A DNA stretch of 64,000 bases from a virus (lineage: Duplodnaviria > Caudoviricetes): positions 9,868-73,867 of IMG/VR virus record IMGVR_UViG_3300044898_000016. The stretch is one strand, 5' to 3'. The position numbers and the translations under genes were made by a program. Below, piece by piece: positions 62,126 through 64,000 of this stretch; position 1 is the stretch's first letter; each line of letters starts with the position of its first letter. The notes beneath the pieces were generated by a model. The model did not search any database and was not told the DNA's origin. It saw only the letters and a list, made by a program, of their open reading frames with translations.

Positions 62126-62557
62126 TCAGTCCGCTACTCTGACTACGGCGATCTTGTCTTTGCCTACCATTGATTCGAGTTCAATCATTGGATCGATAGT
62201 TGTCCAGCCCTCAGGCAACGGCTCAACATCGTATTCGTCCTTGATATTTGGAAACGCCATCTGTAATTGAACTAACCATCGCTTAATTCCTTCAACCGCT
62301 CCGTGCTGATCGATCCGTTCCGCGAGCGTGCTAACAAATTCACTTGCTCCCGCGAGTTCAGGGAAGCATTTCAGCAGCCACGGCTTGCAAGTATCGCTAG
62401 CGCGAGGCAGTTGATGCGTAAACAAATTGTCGCCTGTCATCCAATTCAGGATCTCGTATAGATCGCCGATCCCGTTATCGCGCGGCCTCTTGCCTTCCGT
62501 GAGCAGTCGCCCGGTCGTGACGGTTAAAACCACTCGCAATGGAAATTGTTTTGTCAT
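62126..62557 (-). CDS. Conserved-type phage hypothetical protein
   Basis: FPLRVVLTVTTGRLL...LYEILNWMTGDNLFTHQLPRA; AAGGGAG SD. Confidence 0.75.
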   Translation of the reverse strand: MTKQFPLRVVLTVTTGRLLTEGKRPRDNGIGDLYEILNWMTGDNLFTHQLPRASDTCKPWLLKCFPELAGASEFVSTLAERIDQHGAVEGIKRWLVQLQMAFPNIKDEYDVEPLPEGWTTIDPMIELESMVGKDKIAVVRVAD

Positions 62558-62569
62558 TCGGTTTCTCCC

Positions 62570-62854
62570 TTATCTAATCCGTGCTGGCTTGCTGTAAGTG
62601 TGGCGCGTGTCGAGTCGCGCTATCTCAATCGTTTCTCGGCTGCAAGCGTCGCATCCCAAACCGCCTTGAACGTAATTCCACTTTGCCGCGTGCCTCGCGT
62701 TATCCAGTTCAATCGCTTCGTCCTGGCCTTCCAAAACCGTAAATTCAAGATGCGCAGAGCAGTGTTCACAACTAATTGAAACGTGCTCAACAAGTGCATC
62801 TGCCGGCGGGACCGGGGCGAGTTCGGTATGGCGTGAAAACATCTCTCCGATCAT
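62570..62854 (-). CDS. Zinc-binding hypothetical protein
   Basis: GGAGG SD, ATG at 62854; CEHC...CDAC. Confidence 0.6.
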   Translation of the reverse strand: MIGEMFSRHTELAPVPPADALVEHVSISCEHCSAHLEFTVLEGQDEAIELDNARHAAKWNYVQGGLGCDACSRETIEIARLDTRHTYSKPARIR

Positions 62855-63246
62855 GCTGCTACCTCCTGAAAACTTGCGGCTGGATTTTTCAGATGCACGG
62901 GACACGGCTCGCTCTTTCGTCTTAATCCGCTGTAGTCGTAAGGCCCGACTCCGTGTTTGCGATCTATTGCCTCTAGTTCGGCGATTGTGCGTTCCATTAT
63001 TCCGTCACAAATCTGCTTGTAGGCTCGAATGTAATCATCGGCGGTGACGTTCAGATAGCGGGGCGATCCGCAGTTGTTACAGGCTTCTACTTTGAGTCCG
63101 TTGACGTGCCGACACTCGCAAGTCCACGCGGGAACTGATCCGGCAAGAATCACCCCCAAAGGTGCGCCCATATCAATTTGATCCTGCTCGCGGAAGTAGG
63201 CGGCGTCAGGATCGGAAGCTGCTTGTGGTTTGGTTGCTGTGTTCAT
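62851..63246 (-). CDS. Hypothetical protein with RanBP2-like zinc finger
   Basis: WTCECRHVN...ACNNCGSPR. Confidence 0.65.
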   Translation of the reverse strand: MNTATKPQAASDPDAAYFREQDQIDMGAPLGVILAGSVPAWTCECRHVNGLKVEACNNCGSPRYLNVTADDYIRAYKQICDGIMERTIAELEAIDRKHGVGPYDYSGLRRKSEPCPVHLKNPAASFQEVAA

Positions 63247-63248
63247 GG

Positions 63249-63641
63249 CTATTCACCTTTCACAAGAGCAAGGGCGGCGTTGATAACTTTCATTTCAGGC
63301 GAATGCTGGTAGGCTTCCCATGCGTCGTTAGCAAGCGCGCCCGGCAATCCGATTCCATTAAAAGCGCAAATCGTTTCTTTGGCTTTCTGCAATGCTTCAT
63401 ACAGCGATGGCGCGGCGGCGATAAGGCGAGCGTTGGCTTGCGCTTCGATGTCGAAGTCTTCTGCCTTCTCTTCTTCGAGGCAGGGAAAATCATCGAAGTT
63501 CATCACCATTGCGATCGGCGCATTGGCGTTGCCCGCGAAGACCTCAATCGATTCGCCCAAATCAAGCTGCTGCACCTCAGCCGCTGAAGTCCACGGCCCA
63601 AGTGTATGCATCGCCTTCTCTTCCCTGTTTGCTGCTTCCAT
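63249..63641 (-). CDS. Phage hypothetical protein
   Basis: HTLGPW...ANARLIAAAPSLYEALQ, a common phage early-gene motif. Confidence 0.75.
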   Translation of the reverse strand: MEAANREEKAMHTLGPWTSAAEVQQLDLGESIEVFAGNANAPIAMVMNFDDFPCLEEEKAEDFDIEAQANARLIAAAPSLYEALQKAKETICAFNGIGLPGALANDAWEAYQHSPEMKVINAALALVKGE

Positions 63642-63668
63642 CGGACTCTCTTTCTATGTTGTGATCGA

Positions 63669-64000
63669 CTAGGATTTGACTGGAATAAATTGGCCCGCAT
63701 CAAGTCTGTACGGCTTGTTCGGCTCGATGCCGTTTTCCCCTGCCATCGCAACCGAGACGCGATATTTGCTGCCATCCCACCAGCGGATAATAAGAGTTCC
63801 TTCTTTGCCCGCCGTTGCAGTGCCGCTGTCGCCCGCCGTTGCAGTGCCGCTGTTGCCCGCCGTTGCAGTGCCTCTGTCGCCCGCCGTTGCAGTGCCGCTG
63901 TCGCCCGCCGTTGCAGTGCCGCTGTCGCCCGCCGTTGCAGTGCCGCTGTTGCCCGCCGTTGCAGTGCCTCTGTAGCCCGCCGTTGCAGTGCCGCTGTTGC
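63669..64000 (-). CDS. Octapeptide-repeat protein (GTATAG[DNY][SR])n, 5'-truncated by the window edge
   Basis: Minus frame ...GTATAGDSGTATAGKEGTLIIRWWDGSKYRVSVAMAGENGIEPNKPYRLDAGQFIPVKS*. Confidence 0.85.
   Translation of the reverse strand, partial: NSGTATAGYRGTATAGNSGTATAGDSGTATAGDSGTATAGDRGTATAGNSGTATAGDSGTATAGKEGTLIIRWWDGSKYRVSVAMAGENGIEPNKPYRLDAGQFIPVKS
63807..64000. repeat. Coding tandem repeat, at least 8 x 24 bp
   Basis: Unit GCCCGCCGTTGCAGTGCC(G/T)CTGT(C/T/A), running off the window end. Confidence 0.95.

Noticed and set aside
63807-64000. CRISPR array
   Set aside because: Contiguous 24-bp units without spacers, in frame within a CDS; no cas genes present.

Overview
The window is a gene-dense stretch of a tailed dsDNA phage genome with a podovirus-type virion module. 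No integrase, tRNA, rRNA or CRISPR array is visible, and the host cannot be assigned from sequence alone. The + strand from 1 to ~56.7 kb carries, in order: replication genes (initiator with internal iterons, SF2 helicase), DNA modification genes (amino-MTase, C5-MTase, Gp37/Gp68-like), RusA, a membrane/lysis-like cluster, TerS, two ejection-type proteins (one a 2235-aa transglycosylase/ART-like polyvalent protein), TerL, portal, scaffold, major capsid, decoration, three adaptor-like proteins, nozzle, a GNAT-like protein, a small ejection protein, a PAPS-reductase-like protein, fibres and a tailspike. The - strand from ~56.7 to 64 kb holds small early-type genes, interrupted by a solo tnpB. 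Six HNH/LAGLIDADG nuclease genes are present. The main finding is that three homing-endonuclease genes each sit between two divergent copies of the same gene terminus: an intact gene using one copy and an orphaned relic on the other side. Two of these junctions carry 7-8 bp direct repeats. This suggests intronless homing cassettes that carry a replacement gene end. Other highlights are a two-copy ~95-nt late regulatory element, transcripts predicted to start either at the AUG or at a 5' hairpin, and a probable AUC start for the tailspike. All family assignments are motif recognition by eye; no database search was run.
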